Shown here: in pieces, positions 39,701 to 51,339 of the stretch
How the letters are laid out: every line of letters begins with the position of its first letter
Numbering within the stretch: position 1 is the stretch's first letter
Assembly: GCA_030704615.1 (NCBI GenBank)
Contig: CM060732.1
Span: forward strand, 37,820,001-37,884,000
Direction: 5' to 3'
Length of the DNA stretch: 64,000 nucleotides
DNA from: Takakia lepidozioides
Taxonomy: Eukaryota; Plantae; Bryophyta
Program-made: the position numbers and the translations under genes
Notes under the pieces: model-generated
What the model was told of the DNA's origin: nothing
Database searches by the model: none
What the model saw: the letters and a program-made list of their open reading frames with translations, nothing else

Positions 39701-42700
39701 GTAAAGTCCGGTGTGCGGGTTACGGTGGCTATTGGTCCCACACGTCCACAGAAGGGTGGGTCCCCTTTTTTATGTCTTCCAGTTCTGCTGGTTCCAAGGC
39801 TAGATGGCCAGCATGTCACTGAAGTAGTCAGGGAGAATAATTTCTTTGAGGCACATGTGAGTGAGAGAGAGAGAGAATCTACTCATAAGTCATTGTTTGC
39901 CGAAGCCTTGTGAGTTTGGGCAGAACCAAAGGGAACAGACACTACCTTTGTGAGGGGCTCTCTCCAGTAGTGGGACTTACCTTGGTATAATAATTAGGTT
40001 GGGCTTTCGAGATATCCTCTAGCGCTTCACACAAGCATCAATATGCTGTGTGTGAGCTGCCCAGCTATTAGACCCCAATAGGGCCAGGGCTCATCCTCGA
40101 GATTTTTCAAAGTTGGTGAACGGAGGTGTGGGAACAATGTTCTTGACATCCCTGACAGGGTCACCCTCTGGTGAGAGTACCCCAGCAATGTAATAGAAAA
40201 TGGGTATTGTCTACAGGCTGCCTGCACATTGGGCAATTACAATCTCCTTTTCCTTGTTGCATCTGTTTATTGTTCAAAGAGAGAGATAGGTGTAGAGAGA
40301 ATGTACTCATAAGACTTTGTTTGCCGTAGTCTTGTGGCCATAGACCCCGCGCCCAGTTTGGATGGAAACACAGAGAGAAGACAGAGAACGTACTCATAAG
40401 ATGTTTCCTGTAGGCGCACGACAGAGAGAAAGAAATCCAAATTGCATTCAGTGGATGCTAGAGGGTTTACCATTTAGTTCATTTGAATCAAGAACGTATC
40501 CATGATTTGGGGTGTCTCCCAGGGGAAGGCAAGGTCCTGGAAGCAGTAGCAGTGTCAGAACCAAAAGAGAAGGCAGGTCTGTACTGGGGCTACACTGTTC
40601 GGCATGCCCCTCGTCTGAGTGCTGTCTTCACCGAATGCCCTTTTCCGGTGTGTGCAAGCGCTAACTACCTATCTCTTTATCATCTTCTCTCATCTGGCCA
40701 AGTAGACATGGAGCTCTTGTGAGCTTGATATTGCAAGACCCAACGAAAGAAGTAGTGCGCCTATTGGGGTTGACCTTTCTCTTTAATGGTTGAGGAGGCT
40801 AGAAGCTGACATGCATGGAGAAGGAATCCCAAGGGCAGTTATGGAACATTACCTAATTTCGGTGACATTGCAGGGAGGGTATGATTACACCGTTGGCACA
40901 TCAGAGCATGGACAGAAAATCAGACCAGCTGAGTTGGAAATACCCAAATTCAAGTGAGTACTGACTGTGGACTTCTCTGCTTTTTGTAATGTTGTTACCA
41001 TTCGGTCAGGCATTGTGCATAGATTGGTGTTGTTTTGCGGGTATGGCTTACTTGCATGGGTCTTAGTTCTAGTCATGCTCATCTGTTCAGTTGGAAACAT
41101 GAAGATTTTCTTACTCTCAATAAGTGTCTCTCTCTGTCCCGCCCCCATCTTCTCCCATCTTACCCAGCGTTCCCTTCACAAATGTCTTTTCAAAAACAGC
41201 TCTTGTGATTTGTAAGTGTTGTCAGTGGCTGTAAAACATTTCTCAGTTCACTTTGCAAAAGTAATAGGTAACGTGGCCTAGGTTCTTACTGGGATCACAG
41301 ATAATAAGGATGTTCCAAAACCAGATAGTGTAGAGCTATCAATCTACTGGTTCAGAGCATCCAAGAGCAACAACTGGGCTGTGGAACAAGTCTCGGCCGT
41401 TGAGGTTTGGCTGAGGGCTACACACGTCCCAACATTTAGATAGTGTGTGTATGTGTAGGTTTGCGTTCATGATTTATTTGTCACCATGGATCGATGGATG
41501 ATAGTGTAAAGGTATGTATAATACTCTCAGGTCAAGTGCTACCGAGATACTTAATTTATTGATTTGCTGCAGTCTTATACTGTGATTGCAGGCATCTGCT
41601 GGTAGCCTTTGGAGGACTGGCAGGTCTAGAGGAGAGCAAAGATCTTGACCAGACCATTGAGGTAGTAGCCCTGTCTTTTTCCCCCCAAAACAAGCCAATC
41701 TACTTAGTGAAGGCTATGTTTGCAAAGACAGAAGAACCAGGCAGGGAAAACCATTTTATACCTTGGCGGGAGCCTTTTCCTAAGCTTAGTACATGTTGGT
41801 CATGTACCATGTCCTCTCTCTGAGCTCCCAAAGGTCTTCTGTGCCTTATATGGATGTAACTTTCTTTGTTCTTAACTCACATTATATTCTTTCCTTTCCT
41901 TCTTTTCTTTCACTTCTGCTGACTTCCATGAGGTGCTCCATCTTTCAGCAGTGATTGTAGTGTTTCTTTTGGTCCCTTATATACTAATCAGGCTGTTGTC
42001 TCCTTGCTCCATTCTCCCCCAAGCCCTCTGGAAAGTAAGATGTCTTTTCTTCATTTTTTCCTTGTTTCTCACATGCAACCGTCCAGTTAGATTCAGTTGG
42101 CTCTGCCTGAGTTCTATGGCTTTGGGGCAGAGTTGCAAATGATGGTGGGTTGGACGTTTTATAAAAATAATGTCAGTCTCTGGCGAAAGGATATATCATG
42201 GCCGCTGTCCTGTGTGCCTTGTGGCTACCTGCTTTAAGCACTTCATCCACAGGTGTAGTTGATGTATCTCCATCTTGGTTTGACCTACCTTGTCCCATGG
42301 GCCCTTACTCTCTCTTTCTCAGACAGATGGTAGAGAGAGTGGGCCTTTTACATGCGAACCTAATAACCTAGAGCCAAACTTTTTTGCTTGGTGCAAATTC
42401 TCATTGCATTCTTCTTCAGATTCTGGGATAGTGGAGGAATTGTAGGGCAGACGAGGAGTTGTGGAGATTGAAAATGCCTCTTCTGCAATCATTCTCATTC
42501 CTTGGTGGGGGTGGGGTGGCTATGAAGGTAGAAGATGTTGCCTGCCTGTTTGACTGCTATCTCAATACATGTCCAGGGCAGGGCAGCCGCACCATTCGCA
42601 CTGAGGTGACTATGTCTGTACTGCTTGTTGTGCCTCCTTTCTCCTCTTGTATTGTCAACCTACAATCATATTTGATCAGCTGCGCTTGTATGAGTTGTAG

Positions 42701-42895
42701 GCCAAGGTGGTCCCTCTTTTTGTCTCCTGCAATTTGGTTGTGATTGAGCATTCCCTCTACATTTTCTCCACCAAAGAAAAACTCCTAAGAAAATGGAGTC
42801 TGATCCCTGTGCAGGAAGCCGTGTTAATATCTATGCAGTACCTTCAAGATCCAATTATGCGCGCTGTTGGCTCGTGGGCACCTCCGAAACTCTAG
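36704..42895 (+). CDS. SPOUT1: SPOUT-family RNA methyltransferase, C9orf114/SPOUT1 homolog
   Basis: 11 in-phase exons: 36704-37405, 37716-37763, 37864-38031, 38183-38249, 39299-39363, 39680-39755, 40523-40647, 40874-40953, 41592-41661, 42528-42605, 42815-42895. Motifs TVSIAIAGSII, LAGQIARAA, GLYWGYTVR, GTSEHG and NTCPGQGSRTIRTEEA. Confidence 0.93.
38550..40400. repeat. Oppositely oriented copies of one short interspersed element in introns 4 and 6 of the SPOUT gene
   Basis: 38550-38765 is the reverse complement of ~39875-40065 and partly of 40300-40360. Confidence 0.75.
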
Positions 42896-43929
42896 CATTG
42901 CTTCGAGTTCTTTCAAACAGGGAGGGAAAAAAAACGTCTTCAATGCCATATGTATGGAAGTCTCAAGTGGTGGTGGACCATTAAGCATGGTGAGTAGACG
43001 AGTGTCTCAGTTTGTCTTCTTTCATTGTAGCTTTTGTACATTGACTAGGACAGCTGTGATGTTGACCAGTGTAAGAGGAGGGTCAGTGAGTCAATGGATT
43101 TAGCTGGATAGAAGGCCCCATTTGATTTACGGATCCCTCTCGTAAAACATTTACTACATGCAGCTTCGATTTAATGGTTTACCTGCTGCTTTTTTGATTG
43201 GACAGGGTTGCAAGACCTTTGCTTGTCAAAAGGGGGATGCCACTTCTGCTACAACAGAGTTCTCAGGTTTTGAGTTCAATCGATCACATTGTATCCAGTT
43301 TTGCCGCATAAACGCCCCCACACAGAGATTTGTGTGGGGCACTCCATGACATTTGTAGCCCATGGCATTTGACTGCTTTGTCATATCTTCCAAGAAAATT
43401 ATTTTGTATCTCCCACATTCCAAGCTAAGGTTGGATACATATTGGATGGGTGCTCACCATGCCGACTGCTTATCAGATGACAATCCCGGGTCCTAGAGCA
43501 GCAGTCCATGAGACTGTTGCATGCCAGCCCAAGCCATGAGCAGCCCCACATTTACTGTTTGTAGGCATCTTCACATCCTTATGATCACATGACCATGTTG
43601 GGAAATTCTGGCACTCGCAACTGAATGAACGTATGTAAGCACACATGAAGTTGCATTGACTCTACTTGCAAATGCACTTGGAAATGGTAGGGTGAGTGTG
43701 CTCCAGAAATGAGTGGCCCTGTCAGAGACGCAAACCTAGTGACATGTCAAGATGTCATTGGCCATATTAAGGAAAATTCCCTTTGGTTAAACACTTAGCT
43801 TTAAATAACTCTATAATTAGCATATTGTCCATCCGGTCTTTTTGCTTACCCTTGGACTGCCTTGCTCAGGATCCTCTATGATTTTGCTGTGTGACACCTT
43901 TTTTTGCTTCTCCCTCAATGGTGTTTAGT

Positions 43930-44571
43930 TTTGCCTCCACGTGGTGATGATGAATCCGGATATCGAGAGAGACGCACGCCTGACTTCGTCCTCTATGGGG
44001 ACTTGGAAACCCTTCAAGATGAACACTGTCTACGTGCACAAGCATTGCAACGCGAATAGCTCATGATAGTCCGTACCATCCCACTCCATCAATCCACGCG
44101 CGTCTTTGTATGAGTCTTATGTTGGGCCGAGTAGGAGAATATTCTCATGCAACCCGAGCTTTCGTTCCTCTACCCCAGCACATGTTCCACTGATACTGTC
44201 CTAGCTTTGGAGAGTTTCCATCATGGTGCGGACGGCCTCTTCCTACCCTTTGTAAAGGACTTTGAACCTGACAAGGACCTTCAATTGGATCGTGACATTT
44301 TCATACAAACATTCACTCGTAGCCCTCATCTTGCAGCGGGCCCATCTGGATTGGCGTGATTGACTCAGTCCATAAGATTCTGCTAGTGGCCTTTCCCAGC
44401 TCTTCCAAGTTTGTTCTTTCTTTGGGACGGGGCATATACCTACCCCAATAACACGTTTGCTTGGATCAGCATGGCTCACGGCCATGTCCAAGCATACGGG
44501 TGGGATTTGTCCTATAGCAGTGGGGAAGTTTTGTATCGTTCGGTGAGTCGCTCTATCTGCATCCAGTTTCG
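43930..44571 (+). mobile_element. CRE/R2-type (RLE) non-LTR retrotransposon, 5' part before the interruption
   Basis: AAGPSG and SKHTGGICPIAVGEVLYRSVSRSICIQFR are early RT motifs; the frame resumes at 57951. Confidence 0.8.
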
Positions 44572-44792
44572 GGGGGCTGCTATTTCATGAGCGGCATGAG
44601 CATGAGCGGAAAAAAAAAAAGCATGAGCAGACCATTGTGAGTCCACGGAAATAGGGTTAGGAGGCACGGAAATAGGGTCATGTGAAGTTGGAATGTGGCA
44701 CCAGTGGACTTGAAATGCAACATTTTATTGCAAATTTTGTGGCAAGCCACGTCTATACAAGTGTGTTCTAACTGTCATAGCCGGAATGGGCA

Positions 44793-47700
44793 CTACTCTC
44801 CTACACCCTCCGAGGAACTTGCCCCACCTTCTTCCTCATCCCCCTCATCCCCCTCATCCTCCGAGCTCTGTGATGCATCAGTTCCACTATGCCTCTCAAA
44901 AATCCCGTCCTCTCCTTGGGGGACTGTCCACCTCACCTCCTGGGAATCTTCTGCGTCTTCTCCCCCACTTTCCTCAGCAGAATCCAACACAAATCTACGA
45001 GCCCGACGGGCTCTAATAGCTGCTGCCTCCTCCCTCATCTTCATTTTCTTGAGGCTTGCCTCGTCTAAAATCTGTTGTACACGACTACGTTCGGAACACC
45101 TCCTAATGGACACCGAAGCAAGCCGGGCAGCATAAGTAGGAAGGATGTACTCCCTTTCTGGACTAGGCATGAAATCCCCCCTGGCAAAAAAAGGCACGTT
45201 CCTCCTGCCCATGAACTCCGGTGTAGACGTCCTCCGGCAGTACTTGGCATCCTACAGTAAGAACAAATCCACTTCAAGAATGTCAATACCAGCACAACCA
45301 GAAAGGGTTTTCAATGAAATAAGAGAGCGGAGGGAGGTGCCTCACAAAATCTGGAGGCAACTTATAATGCCACCACTCACTCGTAAACCGGGGGCTCCTC
45401 GGCCTCGATCCCAACTTCCTCCCCCTGCTCCTTCTCGGATTTTTCCTCATCCTCTGAGGATGCCTCTTCCTCTTTCGGTAGACGTTCAGCCGCTGCAAGT
45501 TCCGAGTTGTGGAGGGCAGTATCTGGCTCGAAGGCGAACACATGCCTGTCGGACAACGTCCCTGCCCACATTGAAGCACCTGAGGAACAAAGCGGGCGGT
45601 TAATAGCTTGCGGCATGCAATTGCAATGGGGCCAGGGGACAAACTGAGCACGTGAAGGCTTACCCGTGCCGCATGTGAAGTCCAGAATCCACCCTTGGAC
45701 ATCCGAGCACGTCTCCATGAGGGTTTGGATGAAATCAGGGCTCCGGGTCCGGCTGTACCGCCACGGTTTGCCTGTCTTTGTGTCCTTCGGCATACTAGAG
45801 TGGGGCACATAGTTGTAGAGGACATCGTAGGTTACAGGGTCCACAGCGGCATCAACAAGACGACCGTCGTTGCGGAATTTGAACGTAGACCCTCTCTTCA
45901 CAAAGCAATATGCCTCAAACACCAATGTCTGCACATCCAACAAAGAAGGGATCAATTCCAGGGTCTACTTAACATACACCACAATATGAAGTGAATGCAA
46001 TAGATTGATAACTTACACTTTGGCCCTCTGTTCGCAACCCCTGCGTACTGATGCAGAATCATTTTCTGAGGAGGACCAGGGTGACACTTTTCGGTGTCCA
46101 CCTTGCCACCGCATTCTCTGTGGTCTTCCCTCTCGTGGCAAGGACAACCACACATCCACCGTCATCCAGCATCCCCTCCCGCCAGCCAGCCCAAACCCGG
46201 CTTTCCAGTAGTCCTCAGTAAACCTGTTCCAGGTGGGCACACCATCCAGGCCCTCCAGCAGCTCCCCATCTGGAATGTCGAGGAGAATCATGTCGCAAGC
46301 TCTCTCCACCTCAACCCCCCCCCGAGTGCTCTTGCAATTCGTGCTCACAGCCGTGAAGAATTCCATCATGGCTTCAAAACCAGGGGTGTCTTTAGGCTCT
46401 GTACCGCCAGCCCTCTTCTTGGCTTTCCCCTTCTGCTCCGCCAGAGACTTGTTGTGTGCCACCTTCTTCGCCCTGGCAGCGAGAGCGTCAAGGAAGCTCT
46501 CATTGACGCATTGGATGATGGTTGGAGGTTCTAGCTTTGGCCTGTGCGTAAACGTCACCGCCGAATACCGGCGTGTAGGCTCGCCCTCAAATGCCAACTT
46601 CTTGGCAGAGCCAGTCCCACTCCGAACTGACTTGGGAACCCGGACGACCGGTGACTGGGTAGGAGCAACAGCAGTCGCAGGACCTTGAACAAAATCGGCG
46701 TCGGAGTCACTCTCTTGGGTCCCCTCCTGCGCCTCCTCCGATGCCCCGATGGTTTTCTTCTTTTTGGGTGTTACTGCAGTCACCTGTTTCCTTGTCCTTT
46801 TCCTTTGACCTTACTCTTCTCATGCAATTTCTCCTGAATTCCTGCCTGAGCAAGCTCTGCCGCTTTCCTGGAGTTCGCAAACGCTTTTGCCTCTTTTGCA
46901 CCCAACGGAGGCAGCGGAGCCCGGTTTCGTCGGAATTCAGCATCCAGCTTCAATTGAAACTCGGATGGGTCGAGCGAGCCGGGCGGAAGGTCCACATACC
47001 AAGGGCAATCACGCAAATGTTCCACATGCCACTCCTTCACAATATCGTCAGTGTACATGGAGTCAGCCCCAGGGTTCCTCCATGCCAGGAAGAATGGTGG
47101 CTCGAAAGACAGATGACCTTTCTCCAAAAGGGAGAACTTACAGTACCTGCATTCATGAAAAACACAATGAGGTCCGAAAATGGCTAAGTCCCTGAACGGC
47201 AATAGGGCCTACAACTGGAAATGGCGCCGAATTTCCACTTCAGGGCCACCCAGTCTAGGGACTTAGCCCGAAAATGGCTAAGTCCCTGAACGGCAATAGG
47301 GCCTGGAACTGGAAAATGGCGCCGAATTTCCACTTCAGGGCCAGCCAGTCTAGGGACTTAGCCCGAAAATGGCTAAGTCCCTGAACGGCAATAGGGCCTG
47401 GAACTGGAAAATGGCGCCGAATTTCCAGTTCAGGGCCAGCCAGTCTAGGGACTTAGCCCGAAAATGGCTAAGTCCCTGAACGGCAATAGGGCCTGGAACT
47501 GGAAAATGGCGCCGAATTTCCAGTTCAGGGCCACCCAGTCTAGGGACTTAGCCCGAAAATGGCTAAGTCCCTGGACGGCAATAGGGCCTAGAACTGGAAA
47601 ACGGCGCCGAATTTCCAGTTCCGGTCCAGCCCACTAGGGACTTAGGCCCGAAAATGGCTAAGTCCCTGAACGGCAATAGGGCCTACAACTGGAAAATGGC

Positions 47701-50463
47701 GCCGAATTTCCACTTCAGGGCCAGCCAGTCTAGGGACTTAGACCGAAAATGGCTAAGTCCCTGGACGGCAATAGGGCCTGGAACTGGAAAATGGCGCCGA
47801 ATTTCCAGTTCCGGGCCAGCCAGTCTAGGGACTTAGCCATTTTCGGAGCCCTGACTGGAAATTCGGCGCCATTTTCCCTAACACCACTTGAGGCCTCTAA
47901 CATCCTGAAATGCCAGGACTTGAAAGAAAGGCAGCGCGTATGTACCTGTACAGAAGGCGCATTGCTGCTTTGTCCGCGTTCGGCTGGTCGGTGAACTCGT
48001 GGCTCCGGCGAGCATCTGCTATCTCCCGAAAGAATAGGTTGGTTTTGTAGAGCAGAAAGTACCTCGTCACATAGTCACGTAGGCTCTCTGCTGCAGGAGA
48101 TATCTCCATCTTGAACTGATGTGCTTGTGTGTCCAGCTGCTCTTGCGCATTCGTCGTCACCTGTGGAGATTGTCCATCAGATCGCTTTCCTCAAAAAATA
48201 CAATGAATCCACCCCCTACTAGAGTAGAAGCCCCAAACGAAGCGTGGGAAGTACCTGAAACCACCATGTCATGCGGTTCATCCACATGTCGAATGTGGGG
48301 TCAGAGAGTTTGTCCGGTTTGGGGAAGCTCCACATGTCCCTGGTACTTTGGAAACCATTCCAGATTTGGAGCCACCGGGTCTGTCCAACCACCCAGCATA
48401 TTCGTAAGCGCCAAACACCACAAAAGGAGTTGTTGCCACCACAATTTGGTTAAGAATGTATCACCTTTTCTGTTGCATCCACACAGGATGTGGCTAGACG
48501 ATGGAGCTTCTCCAATGTCATCGTGGGCTTCAGAGCGCGAGAGTAGTGCTTCCCCACCTCCACCAGAAAGTCGGCACCAAGGGCGGGATCAGCTATGGCC
48601 ACGTACTTTACCATCCGCGACTTGTACTTTATGCGGGCCCTCACCTCCGCAGCTTTGACATACGATTCGAGTTCCGGGAGGGTTGGATTCTTCTCCTCTG
48701 ACTCCATGTAGAACCTCCGCGCATGTGCCAAATCCTGCTGTATTTTCGTCTGTCAAGAATGCGCACATAAGATTAGAGATCCTGCTCAACACAATTTCTT
48801 CTATTGGGGGAGGAGAGACAGATTAGCTCAACAAAACTGTCAGGAGCTTTACCCGAAATATGTAGTCCACCATGGCGTCGACGCTCAGCCTATACCAGGT
48901 TCTGTCTGCCTTTGCCTCCGACTTGCGCAGGAGGTCGGCACTGAGGGAATTGGCAAACTCTTGCACCCCCTGCTTCCCGACATCCTTCACTCGGAAGAGC
49001 ATATGGGACAAGTTGGTGGCAATGAAGGCATTCTCAGTCACCCTGCAGTGCCACATTTCCATCAAACAATACTGAAATGGGAATTTTCATCATATATGAG
49101 GATTCGCAATGAAATGACTTCCAAATTCAAAGTCCAAAAGCGAGAGGGGTTGTAGCTTACGAGTTGATGTCGGCCATTGCAGCTTTGAGAAGACTGCGAT
49201 CTTTGGGCCCGCAACCTTCAGCACAACACAATCGACGGCGAAATGCCAATCGAGATCGTTGGGGTGGGCTTGGGCAATGTGCTCCATCCATGCCAGGAGG
49301 CGATGATTGCCGTCCCACACGTAGAACATCTTACCGGACATGTGCTGGAAAAGAGGATCACTAGCAATCGATCTCTCGAACTCCTCATTTCGCGTTTGCC
49401 AATGGGGACCCCATTTGTCCACCTCATCGGAAGTGTGGGCACGGGAAGCTCCGTGGTCGTTCTCAATGGAAACGTAAAACGCGGCAGACCCCATTCGATA
49501 TCCATCCCGGAAAGAGAATTTCAGCTTGTCGATATCGCCTGGGAGGGCAGGTCTCACCACCTGCAATGACACCAAGCGGCAAAGGGGAATTCGAAGCTTG
49601 GCCGGGTACACCCATGCCCCCCAGCACCCTGCCAATGTTGCTGTGGGTTGCCTCCAACATCTTGGCAGCGGCCAACTTCATATCCGCCTCAGACATGACG
49701 TCTGCTGCAGAGGGGTTTTCCGGCAGCCCACCAGGACCGCCAAATCCAGCCTGTATGCTCCGGGTTTGGGGCCTGGGGATGTCCGGGAGGATGTCATCCT
49801 GGTCAGAAACCTCCATGTCGTCCTCCTCAACAGGGTCAGCCACCTGCGAAACCACCTCCAGCACTCTCGTCGTCTCTACTGCCCTCTCCCTGGCTTCACC
49901 TCGAACTTGCACAATCCGTGCTCTTTCAGGTGTTCTTTCCTCTCCTCCACTCTCCACCGTATGGGTAATTGCGGGGGCTGCTCTTGCCCGCGATGGTCTA
50001 ACCGGTGTTACTACTGCCTCTCTGTGGTGTCTTGGAGGGATCCACCGTCTCTGTGTGTCCCTCGCTTACATTGGCATCTGTCATTTGGGCACCCCTGGCC
50101 TCTTCAGCTGCCTTTTGTCTTTCCTCCTGGCTAGCATTCTGTCTCGTCTGTTCTTTTGCCCTCTCTTTTGCCCTCTCACGGGCTTTCTGTTTCTTACTAG
50201 GGCTAGCAGCAGGGGAGCCCCCCAGGACGACCACCTTTGATTGAGGCGAACTGACACCCTCGCGCGCACTGCTCACTCCCCCCTCCGCAGCCCGTGACTG
50301 CTCTCTCGTCTGCCGGGGATTGCATGTGCTTAGCTTTCTTCTTTTTCTTTGCGTGGGCGGGCCCTACTGCATGTGCATGAACAACCTCCATTGCCGGATC
50401 TGCTGTCCTCATGTCCTCACGCCTCCCTTCACCTGCCATGCCTGCACCAACCCCCAACTCCAT
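44793..50463 (-). pseudogene. Multi-exon ParB/Srx-like domain + beta-class N6-adenine/N4-cytosine DNA methyltransferase gene (frameshifted in this copy)
   Basis: FYVWDGNHRLLAW (DGNHR at 49314-49300); CDMILLDIPDG (motif IV-like, ~46265); SPDFIQTLMETCSDVQGWILDFTCGT^GASMWAGTLSDRHVFAFEPD (motif I, joined across intron 45663-45580); phase-compatible intron 47945-47147; acidic tail. Confidence 0.75.
47172..47880. repeat. Array 1: seven 95-bp self-complementary units plus an inverted partial unit, within an intron
   Basis: GGCGCC at 47223, 47318, 47413, 47508, 47603, 47698, 47793 and 47865. Confidence 0.97.
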
Positions 50464-51339
50464 ACTACTCTGTCGTAATCTCGTTGCAAGTCCTCCCGTC
50501 CACCAACAAAAGGTTTAAGTTTGCCCTCTCGCCCCAAGTTGGGCGATTCAAACATGCGATGAGTTGGAGCTGTCGATGATACCACCAGCGTGCCGGGCTC
50601 GTCGTCACTCTGTCATTGACAAAAATCGTGAAAACCAACATCGGTGCAAAAAGCAGCATCGCAACGAGCAGCGCAACCACCATAGCAACAATCATGTAGC
50701 AAAAATGAAAACATAACATAACATGGAGAGCCATGCAACAACAATGAAAACAAATGCAACCATTGCCTAAGAATGACATGCACAAGCAGCCTTCTCCAGA
50801 GCTGCCGGATTTGCACACGCATTGCAAACAATCTAAGGTTCACTCAACTATCTAAAGTTCACTCATACAGCAAAGCCAGGATGAAGATGCAAAAACAAAG
50901 CGAGGTAACAAAGCGAAAGCAAAAAATAAATCGAACAAACCGAAAGCAGAAGTGGCTTGCCTGAGAGTACTCGGCTTCAGTTGGCGCAGTTTGTGAGCAA
51001 GACACTGGAACCCTGCTGGAGCTTCAGTTTGGCCATGCGAGAGATTGGCCGTCGTCCGTAGTACAGAGCTTTCAACTTCCGCCGCGGTCTGGATGTGAGG
51101 TCTCTCTCAGGAGAGCCACGCCCTTCAGGCGGCATAAGTCCCAGCCAAAAAGATCTCCTTTTTTGGGGTACATGCCTGGAATACCATGTTAAGCCAAGAT
51201 TAGCATGAGATTTAGGGTACGTGTCCAGGAAGCCATGCGTCGCCAGCCCGAATAATAACCGACGGCGGTCGACATTTATTGCCCAACTGCGCAATTAAAT
51301 GTCGGATGAAGCCCTCCATGTCGGATGAAAATCGACGTA

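Noticed and set aside
44793-50463. Bacterial or phage contamination as the source of the ParB-MTase
   Set aside because: The gene has phase-consistent GT-AG introns and lies inside a TSD-flanked element nested in a plant retroelement.
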